Virus record (IMG/VR): IMGVR_UViG_3300033120_000570
Location: 2,630-66,629 of that record
Reading direction: 5' to 3' (one strand)
Length of the DNA: 64,000 bases
Source: a virus
Taxonomy: Duplodnaviria; Caudoviricetes
Numbering within the stretch: position 1 is the first letter of the stretch; each line of letters opens with the position of its first letter. Positions 37,381 through 47,691 of the stretch are shown in pieces. A program made the translations under genes and the position numbers. The notes beneath the pieces are model-generated. The model saw only the letters and a program-made list of their open reading frames with translations, did no database searches and was not told the DNA's origin.

Positions 37381-40176
37381 ATGGCAAAAACAAGGGCGCA
37401 AGAATTAGACTCAAATCCAAATAGATTGAAAAACGAATCTAATGATTCGTATAATCAAAGGGTTAAATACAATGCTTTTAGGTTAAAACAACAAGAAGAT
37501 AAAAATTTAGTTAAAAAATATTGGAATAAAGTTGAAAACAATATTAACAACGAATCTAATTATTTTTTAAAATCAGCAGAACAAGTTGTCACTTCCCCTA
37601 TAAGATTTGCAAAATATTTAGACAACAAGATAGATATTCAAGATGTTAATAAATATAGAAATGATAAAGCAAAATCAGAAGTTAATCAAAAAGGACTTAG
37701 TTCAGCAATGGATATAGCTACTTTAGCAACTCTAGGAGGCTTAGATAGCGGATTAAAGTCAAAAGCTATGATGATGCAACTTGCTAAAAAAGCTGGAAAA
37801 TACCAAGGAGAGCAATTTATTCAAGATGTTGGATTTGGCATATATAACATAAATGACAAGGCTGACGGCGGATATATTAATAACGAATTAAACCCAAAAT
37901 ACAATAATTACTTAAATATGAGACAATATGCTCAAGGTGGAGACCTTACTCGATTTAATGAAGGCGGAACGCATGAAGCTTCGCCTTTAGGAGGAATACC
38001 TCAAGGACAAGCCCCTGACGGAAGTCAAAACAGAGTAGAGCAAGGAGAGTCTAAAAAAGGAAATTTTATATATTCAAATAGAATTGAACTTAACAAAGAC
38101 TTAATTAAGCAATTTAATCTTCCTGGTTATGTTGCTAATAAATCAGTTTCTGATGCGTCTAAAGCTATAGATGATAAGTTTAAAGATAGGGCTGATAAGT
38201 ATGCTCAAGAAACAAAGAAAACTCTTTTAGACAGACTAGCTAACGCTCAAGAGTATTTAAAACAACAAGAGCAAGCTACTGCGGATCAAGCTAATCAATC
38301 GATGCAGGCTAATTCCCAACAAATACCTGATCAAATGAACGGTCAAGTTCCTGAAGGAATGGAAGAATATGTTAAAGGACCTAATAGTAATCCTCAAGAA
38401 GAGCAAGTAGAGCAAATGCAAGGGCAACAACAAATGACGTCTTCTCCTATAGCTGCTTTTGGAGGTTATCAAATAAATAAATTTTTTAATGGAGGAGTTG
38501 TTCCTTTAGAAAATAGTTTAAAACCAGCCGGATTAAACACACTTCAGGGAGCTAAAATTACAGCTCCTCAAGTTCCTGCTTCTGCAGGAGTGGCGCCTTC
38601 TATTAATCCACAAGAAACTGCAGGAACACCTGCCGGAGCAATCGTTAATGCCGCTTCAACTGCTTTTGATTTAGGTAAAACTGCTTTTGGAAAAGCGGCT
38701 CAAGACACTACAGGGCAAGCTGAGTCTGCAAAAGTAGATAAAGTAGGAATGATTGGAAATTCTGCATTAAAAGGAGCTCAAGCTGGAGCTGCATTTGGTC
38801 CTTGGGGAGCTGCGATAGGAGGTGTCGTTGGAGCAGGAGCAGGTATATTAGGCTCTAACAAAGCTGAAAAAGCAGCTTTAATAAATGGCAACAACTTTGG
38901 AATAAATACAAACAACAAGGTTTCTGATAATTATGCAGCTAACGGAGGAACTTTAAATATAGACCCTAACAAAAAAGCAATTCCAATAACTAAAGACGGC
39001 TTAAATAATTTAAATGTCGCTCCAGGAACAAGAACATCTGACCAAGTTGGTAGATATACAAAAATTGTTGGATACCAACCAGGAGTTACAGAAGGAAAAA
39101 CAGGAAGGCAAGGAGCTTATGTTTATAGCCCTGAACTTGCTGGAGGAAGAGAATTTGTAAATAGTTCAGGATTAGCCTCTTTACACAACTCAGATACTTG
39201 GAGGCAGTATCAAACAAGTATGAAAGCTCAAATAGCTTCAGAACAAGCTGCAGGATTGCCAGTTAGTAGTTATGCAAATTTAACAAACAAGTTTTTTGAT
39301 GGAGGGAATTTAAATGGAAGTTACAATCCTAACTTGGATATGTCAAAAATATTTAAAGTTAAAGAAAATTTAAACCCTCAAGTAACTCAAGACTTAATGA
39401 AAAAAAACGACTTAGCAACAAATAGTTCGGCATTGTCGGCATACAATAATGAAGCTATAAACCCAGGTTTTTATTCTACACAAAAACAATTAGACGGAGA
39501 TAGATATAGTTTAAAAAATAGACTTGGAAGAGCCGGAGAAACGCTTAATGAAAACGCAGGAGATTTAATGAGACTAGCTCCTGTCGCAATGAACGCTTAT
39601 CAATTAAAAAACTTAAAAAAACCTCAAGGATTCCAATATCAAACACTAGATAATAGGTACAAGCCTAGTTATGTAGATGAAGCTCAAATGCAAAGAAATG
39701 TTGATCAGGAGGGGAGAAATACTTTATCTGCAATTGGTCAAATGGGAGGTTCAGAAGGAGCTATACGTAATGCTATATTAGCGTCTGGAATTAATAATAC
39801 TAGAGGGTTAAGCGATGCATATGCTAATGCTTCTGCTCAAAATAGAGCTCAAGACGCAGCTGCTCAACAATTTAATCTAGGAGTTGATTCTCAAAACACA
39901 TCTATAAGAAATAAAGCTATTGATGAAATGAGAGCTGATAAAGGAGCTTACGATTCTGCAAAATCTAAATATCTTTCTGCAATAGGTACAGACATTGGAG
40001 ATATTGGCAAAGAAAAAAATGCTTCAGACGCAGCCATCGCAATGTTTGGCTATACAAGAAAAGGAAAATACGTAGTGGATAAAAATGGTAATAAAGTTAG
40101 TCCTGAAGAACTATCAAAAAGACAGGCTGATTACGCATCATATATATCTGAACAAAATAAAAAAGATAGAAAATAA
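37381..40176 (+). CDS. Cargo/ejection protein 1
   Basis: GGTHEASPLGGIP..VEQGE motif, Gln/Ala-rich, glycine-zipper TM segment GAAFGPWGAAIGGVVGAGAGILG; no Cys. Confidence 0.75.
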   Translation: MAKTRAQELDSNPNRLKNESNDSYNQRVKYNAFRLKQQEDKNLVKKYWNKVENNINNESNYFLKSAEQVVTSPIRFAKYLDNKIDIQDVNKYRNDKAKSEVNQKGLSSAMDIATLATLGGLDSGLKSKAMMMQLAKKAGKYQGEQFIQDVGFGIYNINDKADGGYINNELNPKYNNYLNMRQYAQGGDLTRFNEGGTHEASPLGGIPQGQAPDGSQNRVEQGESKKGNFIYSNRIELNKDLIKQFNLPGYVANKSVSDASKAIDDKFKDRADKYAQETKKTLLDRLANAQEYLKQQEQATADQANQSMQANSQQIPDQMNGQVPEGMEEYVKGPNSNPQEEQVEQMQGQQQMTSSPIAAFGGYQINKFFNGGVVPLENSLKPAGLNTLQGAKITAPQVPASAGVAPSINPQETAGTPAGAIVNAASTAFDLGKTAFGKAAQDTTGQAESAKVDKVGMIGNSALKGAQAGAAFGPWGAAIGGVVGAGAGILGSNKAEKAALINGNNFGINTNNKVSDNYAANGGTLNIDPNKKAIPITKDGLNNLNVAPGTRTSDQVGRYTKIVGYQPGVTEGKTGRQGAYVYSPELAGGREFVNSSGLASLHNSDTWRQYQTSMKAQIASEQAAGLPVSSYANLTNKFFDGGNLNGSYNPNLDMSKIFKVKENLNPQVTQDLMKKNDLATNSSALSAYNNEAINPGFYSTQKQLDGDRYSLKNRLGRAGETLNENAGDLMRLAPVAMNAYQLKNLKKPQGFQYQTLDNRYKPSYVDEAQMQRNVDQEGRNTLSAIGQMGGSEGAIRNAILASGINNTRGLSDAYANASAQNRAQDAAAQQFNLGVDSQNTSIRNKAIDEMRADKGAYDSAKSKYLSAIGTDIGDIGKEKNASDAAIAMFGYTRKGKYVVDKNGNKVSPEELSKRQADYASYISEQNKKDRK

Positions 40177-42026
40177 TGAATAGATATTCAAACTACGAAA
40201 CATCAGCATATAATCCAATGACTACTCAGGAGATTTGGGCTCCAGCAGCAGCTATGAGACAGCAACATAACGATGCTGACAAACAGTTACAAACTCAAAT
40301 ATCAGAATTAGATAAGGTTAGTCCTTTAGATGTTCATTACGATAGAGCTCAAAAAATAAAATCTGACTTAATAAAGCAAATAGATACGCAAGCTTCTAAA
40401 TTAGCTACTGAAGGTTTTAACGGAAGTACAACTTCCGGTGTGTACAAAACAAATAGAGAGCTGCAAAATCAATTTTCACCTACAGGAGAACTTGGACAAA
40501 TAAATGCAGCTAAGACTGCGTACGAAACAGAAAAAGCTACGTATTTAGAAGACGCGACAAAGACTTCTAAAATAGGAAGAGAACAAGCTTTAAAGAACTG
40601 GGAAAAATACGCTAAATCTAAATATACAGGATACAGCGAAGATGGTAAAAAAATAACAAATATAAGAGCATTAGGATCTCCAGCTTATCAAGATTATGAA
40701 ACTGATAGAAATCAGTATCACGCATTGTTAGGAAGTGTTACGAGATCCGCTAAGGCTAGTGGACATGGAATAATTACAGATCCAACTACAGGCTTATTAG
40801 TTATGGTTAATAAAGGCGGAAATGTAGTTCATTCAGATAATTTAAACGCACTAAACGCCGCTACAAAAGGAATGAAGGATAAGTGGGTTAGTGAGTCTGG
40901 AGAAGGTCGTAAATGGGCAGATGCTGCAGGATGGGATCCGGTTCATACGAATTACAGAATAAATCAAGACTTCAATGCTATGAAAGAAATTTCTAATGTT
41001 GACAACAGAACAGAAAGTTACGATGTTTTGCCTGGACAAACTCCAAAGAATCCTCTACCTGAAGAAGGTCCTCAACCAGTAAGTCTTCCAAATGCAAAAA
41101 CTTATAAAGCAAATGAAGACTTGCTTCGTAAAATGAAAGGAGATACTAATAATCCATTTCCAAGCATACCAACGCCAGTTGGATTTATAGGATCAATACC
41201 TCAACAACAGGAATATTCTAAAGGAGTAACTTCTGAAATATTTAAAAAATCAGTAAAAAGTCCTGAATATGTCGCTATAGCTAATGGATTAAATAGAGGC
41301 CTTCCTGCTAATAAACAATTTAAAAGAGGAAGTAACGAAGAGTTTAATGCAGTAGCTGGTTATTTAGAAAAACATAAAAATTTGACAACTCAAAATTCTT
41401 ACATAGCACCATTTACATCTAAAACTGGTTTACTATTTGCGGATAAGTCTTTAACTAAGGATGTTGGAGAAGCCTCTAAAGAAATATTTAATAGAATAGG
41501 AAATGGAGCTGTCGATGTTTATGTAGATTCTCCTGATGGAGGAAAAACTAAGGTTAAAATAGATCCTTCAACAATAAGTGGATTTGAATATTCTGGAGAC
41601 ATGTCTCCTGAGTCATATGTAAATGCCTTTCCTAATCCAAAGCAAAACATAATGCCTCATTATGGCGTTATAACAATAGGTAGTGGAACTGATGCTAGAA
41701 GGGTTCGAGCTTATGTTTCGAGAGATCCAAAAGATTTCTCTTCGGCTCAATATAAAGGAGCTAAAGATATAAATTCAGTAAAAAATGCAATAAGAGTTAC
41801 TCCAGGAATATTTAAACATCTTAATACAGATGCAGTTTCTGGATTTAAAAAACATGGAATGAAAGATGTTTTAGTAAAATATAATCCAGGTTCAAAAACA
41901 TATGATATTAATTTTAAATATCCAGTTGCAGACGCTAATGGAAATGAAAAATTAACAACAATGTCTATGCCTGAATCAATGACTGAGGATGGATTAAATT
42001 CATGGTTAATAAGTTTAAACGAATAA
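40176..42026 (+). CDS. Cargo/ejection protein 2
   Basis: MNRYS..YNPMTTQEIWAP N-terminus; position in crAss cargo block; no Cys. Confidence 0.65.
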   Translation: MNRYSNYETSAYNPMTTQEIWAPAAAMRQQHNDADKQLQTQISELDKVSPLDVHYDRAQKIKSDLIKQIDTQASKLATEGFNGSTTSGVYKTNRELQNQFSPTGELGQINAAKTAYETEKATYLEDATKTSKIGREQALKNWEKYAKSKYTGYSEDGKKITNIRALGSPAYQDYETDRNQYHALLGSVTRSAKASGHGIITDPTTGLLVMVNKGGNVVHSDNLNALNAATKGMKDKWVSESGEGRKWADAAGWDPVHTNYRINQDFNAMKEISNVDNRTESYDVLPGQTPKNPLPEEGPQPVSLPNAKTYKANEDLLRKMKGDTNNPFPSIPTPVGFIGSIPQQQEYSKGVTSEIFKKSVKSPEYVAIANGLNRGLPANKQFKRGSNEEFNAVAGYLEKHKNLTTQNSYIAPFTSKTGLLFADKSLTKDVGEASKEIFNRIGNGAVDVYVDSPDGGKTKVKIDPSTISGFEYSGDMSPESYVNAFPNPKQNIMPHYGVITIGSGTDARRVRAYVSRDPKDFSSAQYKGAKDINSVKNAIRVTPGIFKHLNTDAVSGFKKHGMKDVLVKYNPGSKTYDINFKYPVADANGNEKLTTMSMPESMTEDGLNSWLISLNE

Positions 42027-42028
42027 AT

Positions 42029-45000
42029 ATGGCAAAAGGAAGATTTTACGGAAATCCTACTATACAAAATAGTAGTCCAGACAACAACACAAGTCCAAAT
42101 GCTGGTAAAAAGCTAAATCCATTAGAATTATATCAAAAAATATCAGACCCTAAAAGAAAACAAACCCCTATGGATTTGTGGTCTAAAGCTGCTGTTGCTA
42201 ACACATTTGAAAACACTAGTGTTGGAAATTCAAAATACGATGAAGGTCTTAATTGGAATACTGATGTCGACACTGAAGATATAGAAGGTTCTATTAATGA
42301 ACATAGATCTAACGAACAATCTGGATTAACACAGTTAGGAGCTGGATTGTTAAGGGCTGGAACTAAAGCTGCTATTGAAGTTGCAAAACTTCCAGGAGTT
42401 ATAAGTGGAATAGCTGCGGCTCCTTTTGCGGAAGAAGGAAAAGGATATGATGTAGCATTTAATAATGCATGGATAAAAGGATTAGACAAAGTAAATGAAG
42501 AAATTAATTCTGAATTTTTACCAGTATATGCTAAAAAAGCAGTCACTGAAGGAAATTTATGGGATAATATTACTTCAACGTCTTTTTGGGCTACAGATGG
42601 AGCTGATGGACTTGGATTTATGCTTGGAATGATGGCTCCTGGAGCAATAATTAGCAAATTAGGAATGGGAGCTAAATTATTAAACGGATCTAGAAAATTA
42701 GCTCAATATGCAGGAATGGCTGAAAAAACAGAATCAGCTGTTAGTGTTTTAAAAGGTCTTGGACTTACCGCAAGATCTATAGACGTAGGTACTGGCGCTG
42801 TAGTTAATACAATAACAGAGGCTGGCGCTGAAGCCAAGGGCGTTGGAGACGATATGGACGGTAAAAAACCTCAATATTTTTCAGAAAATTTTCCAAAAAA
42901 TATAGCTAAATTAAACGTTAATAACGTTCCGGAAATGATCCAAGGAAGTATGCGTCTTGTAAAAAACTTAGACGGAACTCAATCAATGGTTTCTGAAGGA
43001 TTAATCCCAAACCCTGAATTTGAAGTAATAAAAAAACAAGCTTCAGAACTTACTGAAGCTGAGTTTAAAGAGCAAAGAGCTTTAGCCATGAGGGATACTT
43101 TTAAGTCAAACTTAGCTGTTCTTATAGTTCCTAACTTGTTAATGTCAAAAGCTTTATTTGGTAAAAAAGCAGATAAATTGGTTTCTAACTTAGAAAAAAC
43201 AACATTACAAAAAGCTGCTACAAGGGGTGGTAAAATTGTTAAAAGATATGGAAAAGCTTTTGCGTCTGAAGGACTGTTAGAAGAAGGTAGTCAAACAGCT
43301 ATAGAAACCATGTTCACAGACAAAGCAATGCAAAATGAATTAAAAAGAGGTGATGGTTTTGATGGAGGTTTTGTCTCAGGAGGTCTTCAAGACTTTAATT
43401 TAGGAGAAGCTACAGAAGCTTATTCAGACATGATTAATTCTACAGAAGGAGAAAAAGCAATATTTTTAGGAGCTATAATGGGAGCTCCAATGATGTCTTA
43501 TCAGGGAAGAAAAGAAGATGTTTATAATCAAGAAAAAAGCAATAAAATACTTTCAAATATAGATAGCTCAATAAATAGTTTTAATACTATATTTAATAAT
43601 GATATATATAGAAGAGATCCAAATGATAGTTCTAAGTTTCTATATAAAAAAGATGAAAATGGAAACGACACTACAGAAAGACAAATAGACAGAGTAAAGG
43701 CTATAGAAGTTGCAAAATCTTTAAACTATAACGAACAGCAGTCTAGAAGACTTGACTGGGCAATACAAAATGGTAGAACTGAAATTATTGAAGAATTGAG
43801 AGAAAAGGCTATTTTTGATTTAATACAACCTTCTATTTATTATGGGGAAGCAGGTATAGAAGCTTTAACTGAAAAATTAAAAAATTCATCTCAATTTCAA
43901 GAAGTTTTAGATAGAGATTCTGACCCTCAAAATAAAAATAAAAGTAAAGATTTTGTAGATAATGCTTTAAAAGTAGCTTCTTATCTTCAAAAACAAAATG
44001 AAAAGTTTGTAGATTTTGCAGGAGACATAATAGATTTAAACGACGATAGAGCTAGCAAGGAAGATAAGCAAAACTACATAAATCATTTAAACACACAATA
44101 CTTACAAGCTAAATATAATCAATACAACTCAGAGCTAAAACTAAAACATGCTGTAGAAAAAAGGAATTCTATTTTAGAAGAACTTAACATTCAAATTCCT
44201 GTTAATGAAATATTAGAAAATAATAGACAAGTAAACGAGGCCAGGCAAAATAATAAAATTTTAGATGATAATTTAAATGAAATAAAATTATTAGAAGAAT
44301 CTATAACTTCAAATAAAAAAAACATAAATGAGTTGTGGTCCGGCAAAGACAAAATAGATAAATCTTTTAAAGGATATATAGATAGAGTTAAAGGAGCTGA
44401 AGAATCTCAGTCTGACGAAAAAATAGCAAAAGCAAACGAAACTGTAAGTAAAATTAAAAAAGCTAAGAATAAAAAAGAATTAAACGAAGCTTTAGAGGTT
44501 TCTAGCGCAGAGCTAAGCAAAGCTGTTCAGTCACAAACAATAGACGAGGTTAATGATAGCGTAGATCAAGATTCGTCAATAGACAATCTGCAATTAAATT
44601 TAACTAAATTAAAAAGCTTAGGATTATCTTCTAAAAAAGTAAATAAAGTTATCAATAAAATAGAGTCTATATTACAGTCTAAAATTCAAGAAATAGAAGA
44701 TTTTAAAATATTTTTAGAAGAAGCTATTGCTGATCATAATATAAAAAGTGAAAAAATATTATCAGACATTATAGATACTGAAAACAATATAAAAAAATTA
44801 ATATCTGATAGAGAGTTATTAAAAAAATCTTTAAACAATCAAGATAAATCTCCAAGAGGAAGAAACGCTAAAATTCTTAAAGAATTAATAAGAGAAACCA
44901 AAGACGAGTTAGATAGGGTAGAAAAAGAAATTGAATCATTAACTAAGGATAAAAATAATTTAACCAATGATTTAGAAGTCGCTGATAAGGAAATAGAATA

Positions 45001-47644
45001 TATATTAACTAAATATAATCAATCCAATAAAGAGCAATTTAAATCTATAAAAGACATTATTAATTACTTAGAAAATAATAAAAAGTATTTTACTTCAGAA
45101 CATAGACACGGATTAGAAAAGTTATTAATAAATCAGTTTATAACAGGTAAAGAAATAGATTTTATAAACGAATCTATATCTTCATTAGAAAACTATGTAG
45201 AAGTTCTTAATCAAACAATAAGAAATTTACTAGACAGTGAAGAAAACCATTCTGAAGATTTATACTATCTTCAAGAACAATTAAATGATTCTAAAGAAAA
45301 TTTAGTAAAATATAAAGAAACGTTAAAAGAATTGACTTCTAAAATCAATAGAATAGATGACGCTATTAATTCTAAAGAAGGTTTAAATTCTTTGAATAAA
45401 GAAATTGAGTTTTGGGAAAAGTTTCAAGAATTTAAAAAAGAAAATGTAAATGATCTTTACGATAATCCTGTAATTCAGCAAATTATAGATGAAAAAGAAA
45501 TTGAACTTACAGAAAAAGAATTAAAAGAAAAGAAAAAAGAAGAAAAAAGACAAAGAGAATTAGATAAACAAGCGTCTTTAAGTAATAAAAACGTTAAAGA
45601 AGTTATTGAGCCTGAAATCATAATTAATGAAGATGGTGAATTTGAGTCTGAATCTATTCCGGAAGAATTAGATTCTGAAGTAGTGAGTTCTTTATCTGCA
45701 AACGATATTAATGATACTAAAAGCAATATAGAAAAAGAAGAGTCCTTAATAAAGTCTGGAACTAAATTAATAAGTACAAATCAAAAAACAGGAGAGGCTT
45801 TTAGCGAAGTGTATCAGCAGTTTGTTGATTACGAAAAAGAGCCTAGAGATAAGAGTAAAGATGTTTTTACATTTGATTTAGGAGGTATAAATTTTGCAAG
45901 TGAAAAAGTCAAAAAATCTTATAATAAATTAATAAATAAAGAAAAATTAGACAAGCAAGATGTTATAAATTTAGAAGAAGGTCTTCCTATAAAAGTAATT
46001 GTAAACTACACTACAAAAGATGAAAATGGTGACGATGTAAATAGAAGCGCTTTTTCTTTTATTGAATACAAAAGTAAAGCTATTTCTGAAAATGAAAATT
46101 CTTTAAAAATATACAAAGAACAAAACGAACCTTTAAGAAAAAGTCTAATAAATTATTTAATAGATAATAAATCTTTTGAAGGAGTATCTACTAACTTACA
46201 TAGTCAATTTCCAGGTATTTTAAAAATAGATTCTTTAGAAGATGGCGTTAAAGTAAAAAAGAATAACATTTTTGATTTAGACGTGTTTAAAGACATGAGT
46301 GAAGAAGAAAAAATAGAATACTTTCAAAAAAATACAGCTTACGTTAACACTTACGGAGAACTTTTAAGTACTTTAGGTAATAAAAAGCGTATAAAAATGA
46401 TGTCTCCTGACAATAGAGGTAAAGTTTTTCTTAAAATCCCAATGAGTAACGGGTCTGACTTTTGGTTAAAACTAAACATTAATAGAATAACTGAAGATAA
46501 ATCAGAAGCTGTTTACGAAATGATTAAGGCTATAAGCGCGGTTTCTGAAACTATTGGAGCAAAAGGATTAAATGCAATAAGTATAGATCAATTTTTTAAC
46601 TCACTTGACGAATCAGATCCTATATTAAGCAATAGGCTGCAAACTGTATTAGAAGATGAAATAAAATTAGTAGAAGTTTTTGATAAAGGAAAAGTGGCAA
46701 ATAGAAATCTTGCTAGGTTATTGGATTTAATAGTTTATCATAAGTCTAAAAATAAAAAAACTGCCTTTAATTTAAATAACGATGGTTCTTTACTGTTAGG
46801 TTCTTTAGCTGTTCAATTAATGGATGGAAGTGGATTTAAGGATCAGTTATCAATAAATAAAGAAGAACTTCAATCAGATGTTGCAAAAGATGTAATAATG
46901 AGTTATTTATCAGCTAAAAGATATAATGTCCTTATAACTAAAGATAGTCCTGGTCAATTTGTATTTAACAATAAAGAATATGTAAAATATCTTCTTGGCG
47001 TTGAGAATGGAAACAAGATATTGTCTACAAATGCTGTTGTTAATGAGTCTACTTTTGGAGGGTATAGTAATATATACATAAATCAAAATTTAAACTCAAA
47101 CAAACCTACTGAAGTTAAAAAAGAAATTGTAAAAAAACCTGTAAAAAAAGCAGTTGTCAACAAAATCAACATAAAAACTTCTAACATAGAAGTAGTATCT
47201 GACGCTTCGTATAAAGCTTTTAAAGACAATGAAAGAGTTTCTGACATTATTTTAGATGAAATATCTAGAAAAATATACAACAAAGAAGCGTTGTCTGAAA
47301 GAGAAAATGAAATATATGCTGCTAACAATAAACATATAAATGAAGGTGTTCAAGAGTTAGGTACTAAGCCAGTAGATATAATTAGTTCAGAAGGTGGCGG
47401 AGTTATAAAAACAATGAAAAGATTTGCAGATGCTTTTTCTACTGATAATACTAAAAAAATAGTTGATGCTTATGAAAAAGCAAATGAAGACGCAAAGACT
47501 GAAATAATAATGAATTTATCAGATTTTCTTGAAGAATCTATAAATATGGAAGATTCAGAAGATAAAATATTTAAAGATCTTATAAAAATAGCTAAAAGTA
47601 AAAAAATATCTATTGAAAATAGTGAAAAAATATGTTCACTTTAA
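42029..47644 (+). CDS. Large cargo protein (about 1871 aa) with membrane-like N-terminus and long coiled coil
   Basis: Start revised to MAKGRF; Gly/Ala hydrophobic segments; heptad-rich middle; single Cys at C-terminus. Confidence 0.75.
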   Translation: MAKGRFYGNPTIQNSSPDNNTSPNAGKKLNPLELYQKISDPKRKQTPMDLWSKAAVANTFENTSVGNSKYDEGLNWNTDVDTEDIEGSINEHRSNEQSGLTQLGAGLLRAGTKAAIEVAKLPGVISGIAAAPFAEEGKGYDVAFNNAWIKGLDKVNEEINSEFLPVYAKKAVTEGNLWDNITSTSFWATDGADGLGFMLGMMAPGAIISKLGMGAKLLNGSRKLAQYAGMAEKTESAVSVLKGLGLTARSIDVGTGAVVNTITEAGAEAKGVGDDMDGKKPQYFSENFPKNIAKLNVNNVPEMIQGSMRLVKNLDGTQSMVSEGLIPNPEFEVIKKQASELTEAEFKEQRALAMRDTFKSNLAVLIVPNLLMSKALFGKKADKLVSNLEKTTLQKAATRGGKIVKRYGKAFASEGLLEEGSQTAIETMFTDKAMQNELKRGDGFDGGFVSGGLQDFNLGEATEAYSDMINSTEGEKAIFLGAIMGAPMMSYQGRKEDVYNQEKSNKILSNIDSSINSFNTIFNNDIYRRDPNDSSKFLYKKDENGNDTTERQIDRVKAIEVAKSLNYNEQQSRRLDWAIQNGRTEIIEELREKAIFDLIQPSIYYGEAGIEALTEKLKNSSQFQEVLDRDSDPQNKNKSKDFVDNALKVASYLQKQNEKFVDFAGDIIDLNDDRASKEDKQNYINHLNTQYLQAKYNQYNSELKLKHAVEKRNSILEELNIQIPVNEILENNRQVNEARQNNKILDDNLNEIKLLEESITSNKKNINELWSGKDKIDKSFKGYIDRVKGAEESQSDEKIAKANETVSKIKKAKNKKELNEALEVSSAELSKAVQSQTIDEVNDSVDQDSSIDNLQLNLTKLKSLGLSSKKVNKVINKIESILQSKIQEIEDFKIFLEEAIADHNIKSEKILSDIIDTENNIKKLISDRELLKKSLNNQDKSPRGRNAKILKELIRETKDELDRVEKEIESLTKDKNNLTNDLEVADKEIEYILTKYNQSNKEQFKSIKDIINYLENNKKYFTSEHRHGLEKLLINQFITGKEIDFINESISSLENYVEVLNQTIRNLLDSEENHSEDLYYLQEQLNDSKENLVKYKETLKELTSKINRIDDAINSKEGLNSLNKEIEFWEKFQEFKKENVNDLYDNPVIQQIIDEKEIELTEKELKEKKKEEKRQRELDKQASLSNKNVKEVIEPEIIINEDGEFESESIPEELDSEVVSSLSANDINDTKSNIEKEESLIKSGTKLISTNQKTGEAFSEVYQQFVDYEKEPRDKSKDVFTFDLGGINFASEKVKKSYNKLINKEKLDKQDVINLEEGLPIKVIVNYTTKDENGDDVNRSAFSFIEYKSKAISENENSLKIYKEQNEPLRKSLINYLIDNKSFEGVSTNLHSQFPGILKIDSLEDGVKVKKNNIFDLDVFKDMSEEEKIEYFQKNTAYVNTYGELLSTLGNKKRIKMMSPDNRGKVFLKIPMSNGSDFWLKLNINRITEDKSEAVYEMIKAISAVSETIGAKGLNAISIDQFFNSLDESDPILSNRLQTVLEDEIKLVEVFDKGKVANRNLARLLDLIVYHKSKNKKTAFNLNNDGSLLLGSLAVQLMDGSGFKDQLSINKEELQSDVAKDVIMSYLSAKRYNVLITKDSPGQFVFNNKEYVKYLLGVENGNKILSTNAVVNESTFGGYSNIYINQNLNSNKPTEVKKEIVKKPVKKAVVNKINIKTSNIEVVSDASYKAFKDNERVSDIILDEISRKIYNKEALSERENEIYAANNKHINEGVQELGTKPVDIISSEGGGVIKTMKRFADAFSTDNTKKIVDAYEKANEDAKTEIIMNLSDFLEESINMEDSEDKIFKDLIKIAKSKKISIENSEKICSL

Positions 47645-47678
47645 TTAGGATATATGGAATTAATTCTGTATATTTGTA
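47645..47678 (+). promoter_or_regulatory. Variant class I promoter upstream of virion RNAP
   Basis: TTAGGA-TA-TATGGA-N10-TATATTTG with the same 24-nt offset as other copies. Confidence 0.65.
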
Positions 47679-47691
47679 TAAAATATAAAAT

